Shown here piece by piece: positions 36,140-45,365 of a DNA stretch of 64,000 nt (position 1 is its first letter; each line of letters starts with the position of its first letter). The stretch comes from Chloroflexia bacterium (lineage in GTDB: Bacteria; Chloroflexota; Chloroflexia; QHBQ01; JADMIH01), in NCBI GenBank assembly GCA_038203825.1, contig JBBRDO010000001.1:64590-128589 (forward strand), written 5' to 3'. Under the pieces are notes generated by a model that searched no databases, had not been told where the DNA came from, and saw nothing but the letters and a program-made list of their open reading frames with translations. Position numbers and translations under genes: made by a program.

Positions 36140-39100
36140 CTAAGGAGCTACCACCAAACTGAGGTTCGACGTTTTGGCCAGCAGGTTCGTACCCCCGTCA
36201 GTCAACTGTAACCGGCCGCTTGAAAGGGGCGCGAAGTCAAGCTCAGTAGACCCTGCCTGTAGGGCGCGGAAGCGGATCGTGGCAAGTGTGAAGCGCCCTT
36301 GCGGTGGTGTGCCCTGCAACATCGACGTAGAGTAACCAATCGAGCCGCCCTGAGGGTCGATCCAGTTGCCCAGCACGGCAGGTAGGGCCACACCGGGTTC
36401 ACTCGAAGTGACTGCGTTACCATTCCTGTCAACGGGCGCGAGCCACGCCGGGTCGTATTTCAGATTGAACGCGCCGCCATCGACGGCCTGCCCGCCCGTG
36501 TTAGCCATCACAGACAGGACCACAATGTCACCGACTTTCACCGATGGGGCTGACGTCTGCAACTCCAGAGCGAGCCCGTGATCGAGGCCCGCCGGATTCA
36601 TCCATGGGGACAACTGCTGCTCGAACGTCGGAGCACCCTCGGCGCTGTCTGTGTGGAACTGCACGTCAGCAGAAATGTCACCGCACTTGTCAAAGCCCGA
36701 CCGCAGCAGGCTCACGTCTTCGGCGGTGACCTGACCGTCATTATTGAGGTCTGCGGAGGGATTCCAGCCCGGTGTATCCTTGTTCGCCCCGACCATCACC
36801 TGTACCACCTTGAAGTCATCGACCGTCACGCAGTTATCGCCGTCCACATCGCCCTCGACCTGCGACTTCATGTCGACCTCGGCAGCCTGATTGGCGCTCA
36901 GGCTGATGTTAGCGCGTGCGCTCTGTAGGCTGTGAAGGCCCTTCACATGAACGTCATAGGTGCCCTCGGGCAGACCGTTATAGACAGCCACGCCGTTCGG
37001 GTCAGTCGTCCCTGCATAGGAGCCTATCACCGCCGGATTGCCCGGAGCCGACAGTTGCAGGGTCAAGGGCTGTACCCACTGTTCGCTCGGGGGATTGGCC
37101 CGTCCCAGCCACTGAACCGACACCTTCAACGACGCATTCCCACTCGCTCCAGTCCGGCCCGGAACCGCGGGCGGGACTTCAGGTGCCTTTGCCTGCGGCG
37201 GGGCACCGCCTGAGCCTGCATCGCGCCTTGCCAGGGCAAATGCCAGTTTGGCAGTGCCTGACGAGCTCAGATACTGGATGCGCACGGTGTGGGCATATCC
37301 GTCAAGTTCGGTATTGTATTGCTCGGTGTGAGCCGAAGTTGCGTCCCATTTATTGATAGCCAGCAGGTTGTCTATCCAGACACGCACGCCGCCATCAGCG
37401 CTTATCGTCAGGTCATAGCTGCCCGCGTTGGGCTGCAACTGTCGCGTGAACTGGGCCGACCAGGCCGCCGAACCGAGGCCCATCGTTTGCGGCGCACCTG
37501 AACCTGCGGGCCAATCCATGCCGGGGTCGGGCTGCTCCATGACAAGAGCCGGCTGGCCGGGCAAGTCAAGCAGGGGACCTGTCAAAGACTGTGGCTGTGC
37601 GCCTATGTAATACTGAGCTTCCCAGCCGTTGAATTGCGTTGGCCAGGGCGTAAAGACGACGCTGCCGTTGCTATCTTGCAGGACGCCCTTCGAGAATCCC
37701 TGGCTCGGCGTGCCGCCGGCGGTTACATAGGGATCGGAGGTCGGGGCGCCTACCCATTCGGGCCCGGCGGGATCATGTGCCGCGTATTCGGCGCCGATAT
37801 TGCCCTCGAGCAAGAAGGCGCGTGAAATGCCGCTGACCTGGCTCTTCAACGTATCAAACACGAGCCACATATTCCCCTGTCCATTAGCTCCCGAAAACCG
37901 CTGGGCAACCACGTTGGCGTCGGTCACATAGGCCAGCCACCAGTGTACTTCGCTCACCGGTCTCCCCAGCAGGGCTTCGCCGCCATTGCGGTCGTATGCC
38001 TCGACGAAAACGTCAGGCTGCGTTGAGCCCTGCCCGATCGCTATCTGGGCTGGCCGCGAGGTCGGCATGGAAGGCGGCACCGGGGGCGGAGGCTCACCTG
38101 CGTTCGGCGAGCCCGGGGCTATCGTGGTGTCGGGATAATAGAACTGGCAGATCCATGTCCAGCTTTGCCCCTGGTCAGCGTAATATGCAGTGCCCCACTG
38201 GGTCATGTACTCGTTGGTCCAGGGGCAATCTGTCGACGGATCTGCGCTGTATGAACCCGCGCAATACTGCGCCTGAAATAGCTCATTGTTGCGCAGTAGA
38301 ACGTATGCCCATGTGGCATCAACCGCGGCGTCTGTGCTTGCGTAGCTGACGTTGGGGTCGTATACCTGGTCATCGGTGTTGTCCTTAACGTCTGCGCCGA
38401 GCGAAGCTTGCTTACCGCCCACGCTTATCCAGTACCACGCATATTCCTTGACGGCCATAGCGCCGGCGCGTAAAGATGCGGGCGCCCAGGTTGGAACCCA
38501 TTCATTGGGTAGCACGTGTTTCACATATTCCCTGAACGGCACCACGTCGACTGCACTCGTGCCCGTCCGGTAAACTCGAATATTATCGGGCGCAGACCAG
38601 GCGCTGGAAGCAGCCGCTGCCGATACGCCTCGGAGTATGCCCGGTTGCGCCACAAGAAGCGGCGCAGAAGGCATAAGGCTCGTGCCTGTTCTTACTGCCA
38701 TACCCGCGTTCAAAACCGATGGACCAATAGCCTGTTGCCGGCTTAGCGCAGTAACGCCGGCCGCAGCAGGAGAACCGGAGCGGAGCGCCGAAGCTAAGAG
38801 CATCTGGGCAGGCTTGTCGGATGTCTCAAGGTGAGCATACAACCGGAGAGTATCGCCCTGATAATAACGGGCGCTCTGCAACGTCCATGAACTGAAGCCG
38901 TCGGCCTGCACGGATACGTTTACGAGAGTGGCCTGCGACCCAATGGAGGATACCAACGCAGCGACCTGCGCCTTGCTGAACGAGAAGTGCCCAAGGCCGT
39001 CGGTCGTCGTGCGAGCACCTGACGCGAGGCTTACCGTGGCATCAGAAACCGGCACCTGAGCGCTCGTCGAGGAAACCCAGCCTTCGATGGCAGGTGTGCT

Positions 39101-39274
39101 GCTCTGGTCCTGACTTTCCGGCCTCGCACCTGACGGAGCAAAAGCACCGGGTGCCAGGGAACCGGCCCCTGAGGCGCCCAACAGACCCGCGCTGACCACC
39201 AGGAAAAGCGCCAGTGCTATTACCAGTTTTGGTGACTTCCATCTCCGACGTCTAGAGCGCATCGGGCCCTCCAC
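36140..39274 (-). CDS. Large secreted multi-domain protein: SpoIID/LytB-like + PA14 + carboxypeptidase-regulatory-like + dockerin + cohesin
   Basis: 1044 aa. Signal anchor: RRRRWKSPKLVIALALFLVVSAGLLGA. SpoIID-like: VVPFREYVKHVLPNEWVPTWAPASLRAGAMAVKEYAWYW. PA14-like: WEAQYYIG...GSYDLTISADGGVRVWIDNLLAINKWD. Dockerin Ca-binding pair: GDVDGDNCVTVDDF and ADLNNDGQVTAEDV. The C-terminal cohesin-like beta-sandwich reads VGDIVVLSVMANTGGQAVDGGAFNLKYDPAWL. Confidence 0.8.
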   Translation of the reverse strand: MEGPMRSRRRRWKSPKLVIALALFLVVSAGLLGASGAGSLAPGAFAPSGARPESQDQSSTPAIEGWVSSTSAQVPVSDATVSLASGARTTTDGLGHFSFSKAQVAALVSSIGSQATLVNVSVQADGFSSWTLQSARYYQGDTLRLYAHLETSDKPAQMLLASALRSGSPAAAGVTALSRQQAIGPSVLNAGMAVRTGTSLMPSAPLLVAQPGILRGVSAAAASSAWSAPDNIRVYRTGTSAVDVVPFREYVKHVLPNEWVPTWAPASLRAGAMAVKEYAWYWISVGGKQASLGADVKDNTDDQVYDPNVSYASTDAAVDATWAYVLLRNNELFQAQYCAGSYSADPSTDCPWTNEYMTQWGTAYYADQGQSWTWICQFYYPDTTIAPGSPNAGEPPPPVPPSMPTSRPAQIAIGQGSTQPDVFVEAYDRNGGEALLGRPVSEVHWWLAYVTDANVVAQRFSGANGQGNMWLVFDTLKSQVSGISRAFLLEGNIGAEYAAHDPAGPEWVGAPTSDPYVTAGGTPSQGFSKGVLQDSNGSVVFTPWPTQFNGWEAQYYIGAQPQSLTGPLLDLPGQPALVMEQPDPGMDWPAGSGAPQTMGLGSAAWSAQFTRQLQPNAGSYDLTISADGGVRVWIDNLLAINKWDATSAHTEQYNTELDGYAHTVRIQYLSSSGTAKLAFALARRDAGSGGAPPQAKAPEVPPAVPGRTGASGNASLKVSVQWLGRANPPSEQWVQPLTLQLSAPGNPAVIGSYAGTTDPNGVAVYNGLPEGTYDVHVKGLHSLQSARANISLSANQAAEVDMKSQVEGDVDGDNCVTVDDFKVVQVMVGANKDTPGWNPSADLNNDGQVTAEDVSLLRSGFDKCGDISADVQFHTDSAEGAPTFEQQLSPWMNPAGLDHGLALELQTSAPSVKVGDIVVLSVMANTGGQAVDGGAFNLKYDPAWLAPVDRNGNAVTSSEPGVALPAVLGNWIDPQGGSIGYSTSMLQGTPPQGRFTLATIRFRALQAGSTELDFAPLSSGRLQLTDGGTNLLAKTSNLSLVVAP

Positions 39275-39592
39275 TTAGTTTGCAGTTGACGACCCACGTC
39301 CGGCAGGTTACGCCACAGCCCCGGAAGGCGCGCATAACGTGACATAATGAGCGTTCATTGGCATGTTAACATAAGATTCTGTTTTCAGGCAATACCCTTT
39401 AATAGCTAATTTGTACTGCCTGGCATGCCGGATTTGCTATCTTTCGTCGCTCGACGGCACATTTCCCACGCTTTCGAGCCGTCGACCGTCACCTGCGGCA
39501 CCTGGCCGCAAAGTTGTAACTGGTATAACGAGAAAGAGGGAAGTTGGTTGTGGAAAACCCCACAGGCTGTTGCTACGGGGGTGTATCCTGAT

Positions 39593-41176
39593 TTATTTGG
39601 CCGCCGAGGCGAATAAATAAACGTCGCAGTACATGTAGTGTCGCAAAGTCACTTGCCGGTACAGATCCTTCAATTTTGCCAGCAGCAGCCCGTGCGGGTC
39701 CATCACGGGCAAATACAGCAGCCAGACACGCTTCGGAGGCACGCGGTCAAGCACCGGTTGCAGGGCAGCAATCTGCGAGGGTGCAAAGTCGAGCACGTCG
39801 GGGGTAGGCCAGAGCAGATATCCGTCGCGAACATCCCGCGATTCAGGGAGCGCCTGAATCGGGCCGCCATAATACTGGGCAATGGACCACGGCAGCAACT
39901 GGTGGTTCGACAGGACGAGGTCGCCGGGCTGCTCATCTGCACTGAGCCATGCTCCTATTTCGCGCACGCCGTCACGCCCGTGCACCGGATTGGTGTAGAA
40001 CGCTGCCACGCCACCGGCCTGAGCTATGAGCCACCCTCCCAGTAGTACAACGGCAAGCGCCCTCAGTGGGGCACGACCAACGCCCGATCGGAGCCACGCC
40101 GCGACAACGCCGCCCGAGATTACCGCCAGGGCCAACGGCAGCACAAGCGCCAGGTAACGCGGTTGTACGATCCAGGCGCCCGTGGCAGCAGACGTGCCCA
40201 CGAGAAGCAAGAGGAACACCACCACCATCGCCGCTACCAGCCTCGCGAAGTTCAGGCTGCCCCGGTTGGCCGCGATGGCAACTAAGGCGAGCCCGGCACC
40301 CGCCATTATCGCCAACCAGGTCACTGCCGCCGGCCAGATCAGGGACGCACTCGCCGACACACTCAAGTAAGAGGCAAGCAGGTGAAGCTCAGGCAGGCCC
40401 GCTCGGTGCTGGAGGTGTGATAGCTCGTCCCATCGCTGGGCCAGTCGAATAACCATCGCTATCAACCATGGCGTCCACGATAGGGCAATCAAAAGGTGCA
40501 CCACAACCCAATTCAGTCGCATGACCGGCGACCTGCCCTCGCCCCGGTTCCCAGCAAGCCAAACCAGACCCGCGAGCAGCATCTCAGCGATAAGTAAGGC
40601 GCCCATGTAGTGCGTATAAAGCAGGAGCACGGCAATTAGAACGTACCACCATTGGCCCCGGCCATAGCGCAAATAGGTCAGTCCCGACCACACGGCGAGT
40701 GTAGCGAAGAGCATCGTCCACGCATACATGGTTGCCTCTTCGCCGACTTCCACCGCCAGCGGCGACACCGCGAGCAGAAGAGCCGCCAGGAGGCCCACCA
40801 CTTTGCCCGCTGTCCCTCCGTCACCGATCGATCTGCCAAGGGCATACATCGCCGGAATGGCCGCCACCGACGGAAGCACCGAGAAGAGACGCACGACCAC
40901 GTCACCGTGCCCGAAGAGCTCTACCCACCAGTGTAGCCCCAGCCAGTACAATGGAGCGGAGGGCGGCTGCGCCCAGGCGGCGCGTAACGTGTCAAATAGA
41001 GTGTCTTGCCGCGCAGCCAGCACGCGCACAGCTTCATCAGTCCATAGTCCACGGCTGTCAATAGAGATCAGGCGCAGCACGAGGGCCAGGGCCATCACAA
41101 GAGCAATAAGCGCCGGTATCAGGTACCTGTTGATCGAGACACGCGGGCTGACGTCGGTGAACTCAGAGGTAGTCAT
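39593..41176 (-). CDS. GT-C membrane glycosyltransferase (family 39/ArnT-like)
   Basis: About 527 aa from MTTSEFTDV (41176; the track ORF begins at 41206). The first-loop motif is SIDSRGLWTDEAVRVLAARQ. About 12 TM segments plus a C-terminal soluble domain. Confidence 0.7.
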   Translation of the reverse strand: MTTSEFTDVSPRVSINRYLIPALIALVMALALVLRLISIDSRGLWTDEAVRVLAARQDTLFDTLRAAWAQPPSAPLYWLGLHWWVELFGHGDVVVRLFSVLPSVAAIPAMYALGRSIGDGGTAGKVVGLLAALLLAVSPLAVEVGEEATMYAWTMLFATLAVWSGLTYLRYGRGQWWYVLIAVLLLYTHYMGALLIAEMLLAGLVWLAGNRGEGRSPVMRLNWVVVHLLIALSWTPWLIAMVIRLAQRWDELSHLQHRAGLPELHLLASYLSVSASASLIWPAAVTWLAIMAGAGLALVAIAANRGSLNFARLVAAMVVVFLLLLVGTSAATGAWIVQPRYLALVLPLALAVISGGVVAAWLRSGVGRAPLRALAVVLLGGWLIAQAGGVAAFYTNPVHGRDGVREIGAWLSADEQPGDLVLSNHQLLPWSIAQYYGGPIQALPESRDVRDGYLLWPTPDVLDFAPSQIAALQPVLDRVPPKRVWLLYLPVMDPHGLLLAKLKDLYRQVTLRHYMYCDVYLFASAAK

Positions 41177-41241
41177 TTCGCAGCAGTGTAGCACCGCCCA
41201 TGGCACGCGTCAAGACACGCTTCGATGTGGCATAATAGCCC

Positions 41242-41979
41242 TTGAAACCTATGCTGCTCCAGCAAAGCTATACCAGGTCGCAGGCGCCTTTAAGACGGCT
41301 CGCCCGCAAGTTATTACGCTGGCGATACCGCAAGTTCCAGCCGGAATCCCAGCCGGAACGGTCCGTGCGCGTGGGTGGGCTTCAGCTGAGCGTGCTACCT
41401 GACGTATTCAGCCCTAGCATCCATTTCACAAGCCGAGTGTTCGCGCGCTTTCTCTCTCGGCCGGGCGTCGTCCCGCAGGGCGGCAGTGTGCTTGACCTCG
41501 GCACCGGCTCCGGATTGCTGGCCATCGTAGCGGCCCGCTGTGGCGCCCGACGTGTGGTAGCAATCGACATCAACCCAGCAGCGGTCCATTGTGCCCGGGC
41601 AAATGCTGCACGCTATGGCTTACAGTCAATCATGGAGGTCCTTGAAGGCAACAGCTTTACCCCGGTGGCCGGCGAGCGATTCGACCTGGTTGTATGCAAC
41701 CCACCATATTTCCGCGGCGAACCTAAGAGCTTGGCGCAAAGCGCCTTTATGGGCGGCTCCGACCTTGAATGGGTCACGAACTTCGGCCGCGAACTTCATG
41801 ACCACCTCAACCAACGCGGGCACGCTCTCATAAGCCTGGGAGATGCGGCTGAGATCGATACCATTCTACGGCTGCTGCGCGAATGTGGATGGCGCATCGA
41901 CCAGGTATCCCGCCGCGATATACTTGTGGAGATCATCTACCTCTTCAAACTAACGTCGGATGTGGAAAAGAAAGCATGA
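41242..41979 (+). CDS. SAM-dependent methyltransferase with NPPY motif (HemK/Mtq2-related small-domain type)
   Basis: 245 aa. Motif I VLDLGTGSGLLAIVAA, then AIDINPAAV, and motif IV DLVVCNPPYF. The substrate (protein glutamine or nucleic acid) cannot be decided from the sequence. Confidence 0.7.
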   Translation: MKPMLLQQSYTRSQAPLRRLARKLLRWRYRKFQPESQPERSVRVGGLQLSVLPDVFSPSIHFTSRVFARFLSRPGVVPQGGSVLDLGTGSGLLAIVAARCGARRVVAIDINPAAVHCARANAARYGLQSIMEVLEGNSFTPVAGERFDLVVCNPPYFRGEPKSLAQSAFMGGSDLEWVTNFGRELHDHLNQRGHALISLGDAAEIDTILRLLRECGWRIDQVSRRDILVEIIYLFKLTSDVEKKA

Positions 41980-42087
41980 GTAAGATAGAGGCGATATATT
42001 AGTAACGAGAATGTCCCTTCTCGGAACATATAGTGCGTCGCCACTCATAACCACCGAAATCTCCCCACCAAGCAAGGAGGCCCTATA

Positions 42088-42867
42088 TTGACCTTTATTA
42101 TCACAGTCTACGTTAACGAAGGTATCGTCATGGCGAGCGATAGTCGTCTCACTTTGAGTCGTACCCTTACCAATGAGAATGCGTTCAAAGCCCAACAGAA
42201 CCAGGTGCTGATGGACATAGTGCAATCGGACGCCAACTTCAAGTTGTTCCTCGCCCCCAACGGCGTGGGAATCTCGACCTGTGGTGACGCCAGCGTAAAT
42301 GGCGAGCCACTTGCCGGGTTCATCGAAGCCTTTATGGATGAGGAGATCGCCCAGGTATTCAACTCGCCCGTCGAGGGCGACGACGTTATAGAGGGGACCG
42401 AAGTAGATAAAGTGGCGGACCAGCTTCTCGAATATTTTAAGAAGCTGCCCGGACCGCCTGACACGGCCTTCCACGTCGCGGGCTATAAGACCGAAGGCGC
42501 AAAGCGCGTTCAGCAAATTTGGCGCGTGTCTGTGAAATCGGGCGAGAAGACGCTCGTGAACTCCAACGGCGAGAAGGGCGTGCTGTGGGACGGCGAGGGC
42601 GACGTCATGTACCGACTAATGCAGCCCATCTATCGCAAGAATGACCGGGGAGAGTACGTGTCAATGGAAAACCCTGAGGTTGCCTTCCACTACTTCACGA
42701 TACAGGACGCCATAGACTTCGCTGTTTACGCCACGCGCACCACCGTCGAGACCATCCGCTTCGTCGCTACACGTTCAAAGACTGTGGGCGGTCCCATCGA
42801 CGTGCTGGTGATCAAGCCCCGCGATACGTTCTGGGTGCAGCGGAAACAACTGCAGGTGAACCCATGA
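42088..42867 (+). CDS. Proteasome beta/HslV-like (MEROPS T1-like) N-terminal nucleophile hydrolase, orphan
   Basis: AAGGAGG lies 7 nt before the TTG start. The sequence MTFIITVYVNEGIVMASDSRLTLSRTLTNENAFKAQ puts Thr1, Asp17 and Lys33 at canonical positions once the initiator Met is removed. Later segments NFKLFLAPNGVGISTCGDAS and VGGPIDVLVIKPRD resemble conserved proteasome-fold strands. Confidence 0.6.
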   Translation: MTFIITVYVNEGIVMASDSRLTLSRTLTNENAFKAQQNQVLMDIVQSDANFKLFLAPNGVGISTCGDASVNGEPLAGFIEAFMDEEIAQVFNSPVEGDDVIEGTEVDKVADQLLEYFKKLPGPPDTAFHVAGYKTEGAKRVQQIWRVSVKSGEKTLVNSNGEKGVLWDGEGDVMYRLMQPIYRKNDRGEYVSMENPEVAFHYFTIQDAIDFAVYATRTTVETIRFVATRSKTVGGPIDVLVIKPRDTFWVQRKQLQVNP

Positions 42868-43919
42868 ACCGGAACGTTCATACTGACCACAGCAGCGCGA
42901 GTGAGCGCACGGATCAGGTCGATTTCGTGCAGATACCCCTCCCTCCCGCAAGCACCGGCCTCGTCTCCAACCCGCAAGGATTAATCTCGCAGGTCCGAGC
43001 CACGGCAGCCGATCAGCACCCTGCTGCCGTCTACCTCTCGCACTTAGCGCCCGGCTCCCGAAGGACGATGCGTGGCGCGCTGGACACCATGGCGGGCCTG
43101 CTCACGGCCCAGCGGTTTGATATGCAAACTCTTGACTGGAGCGCCCTACGATACCAGCATACCACGGCCCTGCGCACAATTCTGGCAGACCTGTATGCTC
43201 CGGCAACTGCCAACAAAATGCTCGCCGCCCTGCGAGGCGTACTTCAGGAGGCCTGGAGGCTCGGCAAGATGAGCGCCGAGGAATTCCGTCGTGCAGCCGA
43301 CCTCCCCGCCGTGCGCGGCAGCACCCTTCCTCGTGGGCGAGCCGTCTCGCGATCCGAGCTTGTGGGCCTGTTCGAAGCCTGTGCTCTGGACAAGACTCCG
43401 GCCGGTCGCCGTGACGCCGCGATTCTGGCGGTGTTGTACAACTGCGGGTTGCGCCGCAGTGAGCTCGTAGCCCTCGATGTAGCTGACTACGACCCCGAAG
43501 AGGGCTCGGTCACGGTTCAAAGCGGCAAGGGAAGAAAGGCTCGCATAAGCTATGCTACAGAAGTTAGCCATAGGGCGATCCAAGCCTGGCTACAATTACG
43601 CACATCCAGCCCGGGCCCCTTGTTCACGCCGGTAAACAAGGCCGGCAAGATTGCCCTGCGGCGCATGAGCGATCAAGCTGTCCGCAAGCTGTTGCTAAAA
43701 CGCGCCGCCGAGGCGGGCGTGGCGCATTTCTCCCCTCACGACCTGCGTCGCACCATGATCAGCGACCTGCTGGACGCAGGCGCCGATATATCAACCGTAC
43801 AGCGCCTCGCAGGACACGCCAATGTCACTACCACTGCCCGCTACGACAGGAGGGGCGAAACGGCCAAGAGACGTGCCGCCAATCTCCTGAATGTGCCTCT
43901 CACCAAAGAGGACAGATAG
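42864..43919 (+). CDS. Tyrosine recombinase / phage-type integrase
   Basis: 351 aa. It has a SAM-like N-terminal domain (AAVYLSHLAPGSRRTMRGALDTMAGLL). Catalytic residues: GLRRSELVALDV (Arg), HDLRRT (His-x-x-Arg), GHANVTTTARYDRR (His...Tyr). Its ATG overlaps the upstream stop (ATGA). Confidence 0.88.
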   Translation: MNRNVHTDHSSASERTDQVDFVQIPLPPASTGLVSNPQGLISQVRATAADQHPAAVYLSHLAPGSRRTMRGALDTMAGLLTAQRFDMQTLDWSALRYQHTTALRTILADLYAPATANKMLAALRGVLQEAWRLGKMSAEEFRRAADLPAVRGSTLPRGRAVSRSELVGLFEACALDKTPAGRRDAAILAVLYNCGLRRSELVALDVADYDPEEGSVTVQSGKGRKARISYATEVSHRAIQAWLQLRTSSPGPLFTPVNKAGKIALRRMSDQAVRKLLLKRAAEAGVAHFSPHDLRRTMISDLLDAGADISTVQRLAGHANVTTTARYDRRGETAKRRAANLLNVPLTKEDR

Positions 43920-43991
43920 CACCTACGACCCACGACCCTTATGTTCCGTATCTACTGCAGTAGACCCCAATACTAAAGAGGATAATGCTCA

Positions 43992-45317
43992 ATGTCAGAC
44001 GAAGCACGAGATCTGCTCATATACGGCGTGGCGGCTGCCCAGGCTAACAGTCCGGACGAAGCTCGCAACTACCTGGAGTGGGTCCTCCGCACTGATGCTG
44101 ATCCCGACCAGCAGGCCGAGGCCTGGTACTGGCTCAGCTACATTGCCGTCGAGCCTCGCGAGAAGCGAGACTGCCTGGAGAACGTCCTGGCTCTCAGTCC
44201 ACGTTACCCTGAGGCGCTGCGCGACATGGCGCTACTGGACGGCAGGCTCAAGCAGTCAGACATGCACGACCCGCGCTTCACCGTCCCACCTGTATCGCCT
44301 TCCGCGAGCCCCACAGCCGCTGAAACCCAATCCTACAAATGTCCTCGCTGTGGGGCCAGAATGACGGCGCAGGAGCCATCAGGAGCGCTCGTGTGCGGTT
44401 TTTGCGGCTATAAGCCTGGCGTCGAGAGTCCGTCCGATCAACCGAAAGGAGTCGACGAGCAGGATTGGGTGGCCGCGATCTACGCTGTACAGGGGCACAA
44501 GTGGGAACTGCCCACCGAGCGCTCGTTCAAGTGCGCATCCTGTGGGGCCCTGGTGTTGTTACCACCCTCACAAATAAGCTCGGAATGCCCCTTCTGCGGA
44601 GTGCCCTACGTCACTCATGCGGTCGAGGAAAGGGAGCTAATTGAACCGAACGGTCTGACTCCGTTCGCGTTCTCTGCGGGCGAGGCCTACGCCTTCGTTG
44701 GCAAGTGGTTGCAACAACACAAGCTTGACTCTGACGGACGGTCCCCAACGACCCAGGTGCCTCCTCGCCCTATCTTTATCCCTTTCTGGACCTTTGATAT
44801 GGATGGAGAAATCTCCTGGCGGGGATGGCAAATCAGCACCCAGAACCGAAGGTTCGTACGGGTACCTGCCGGCGGCACCGTGCCACTCTATTATGACGAT
44901 GTGCCGGTGCCTGCCACATACTCTTTACCCACCGAACTACTATCTCGTCTACAATACGACATGCATACAATAGCACCCTATTCGCCGGACTCTTTAGCAA
45001 GTTGGCCGGCCGAAATATACAGTATCTCGGTGGCCGATGGCTCTGTACGTGCGCTCGAGCGTGCCTACAAGTCCCCGCAGACGCAGGCATTAATAAGCAA
45101 TAGCGTTTCCAGCGCAGGCAACATAGAGGACCTGCAGGTTGAGAGCCCTCGACTGAGCGTCACCTCTTACAAGCTCCTGATGCTCCCGGTTTGGGTTGGA
45201 GCGTACACTTACGAGGAAGAGAGCTACAGCGTCGTTGTCAACGGACAATCCGGCGTTGTCGAAGGTGCTGAACCGGACCGTCACCTTAAGGGCTTCCTGA
45301 ATGGTCTATTAGGGTAA
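43992..45317 (+). CDS. TPR-like N-terminus + two zinc-ribbon motifs + conserved C-terminal domain; function unknown
   Basis: 441 aa. The helical repeat region is ARNYLEWVLRTDADPDQQAEAWYWLSYI...ALSPRYPEALRDMA. The zinc ribbons are CPRCGARM..VCGFCGY and CASCGALV..ECPFCGV. The C-terminus is YKLLMLPVWVGAYTYEEESYSVVVNGQSGVVEG. Confidence 0.55.
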   Translation: MSDEARDLLIYGVAAAQANSPDEARNYLEWVLRTDADPDQQAEAWYWLSYIAVEPREKRDCLENVLALSPRYPEALRDMALLDGRLKQSDMHDPRFTVPPVSPSASPTAAETQSYKCPRCGARMTAQEPSGALVCGFCGYKPGVESPSDQPKGVDEQDWVAAIYAVQGHKWELPTERSFKCASCGALVLLPPSQISSECPFCGVPYVTHAVEERELIEPNGLTPFAFSAGEAYAFVGKWLQQHKLDSDGRSPTTQVPPRPIFIPFWTFDMDGEISWRGWQISTQNRRFVRVPAGGTVPLYYDDVPVPATYSLPTELLSRLQYDMHTIAPYSPDSLASWPAEIYSISVADGSVRALERAYKSPQTQALISNSVSSAGNIEDLQVESPRLSVTSYKLLMLPVWVGAYTYEEESYSVVVNGQSGVVEGAEPDRHLKGFLNGLLG

Positions 45318-45365
45318 CAATTAGATTGTCCTTCTGAGGGATTGTAGTACAGGAGCGCAACAAGC

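Noticed and set aside
40728-41402. 224-aa plus-strand ORF spanning the GT-C gene start and the methyltransferase start
   Set aside because: Its Arg/Ala/Ser-rich composition is typical of an off-frame in GC-rich DNA. It conflicts with two well-supported genes.
41950-42516. 188-aa minus-strand ORF overlapping the start of the T1-like hydrolase gene
   Set aside because: It lies antisense to a plus-strand ORF that has a strong SD and recognisable catalytic motifs. Its own sequence has no motifs and looks like a GC-rich shadow frame.
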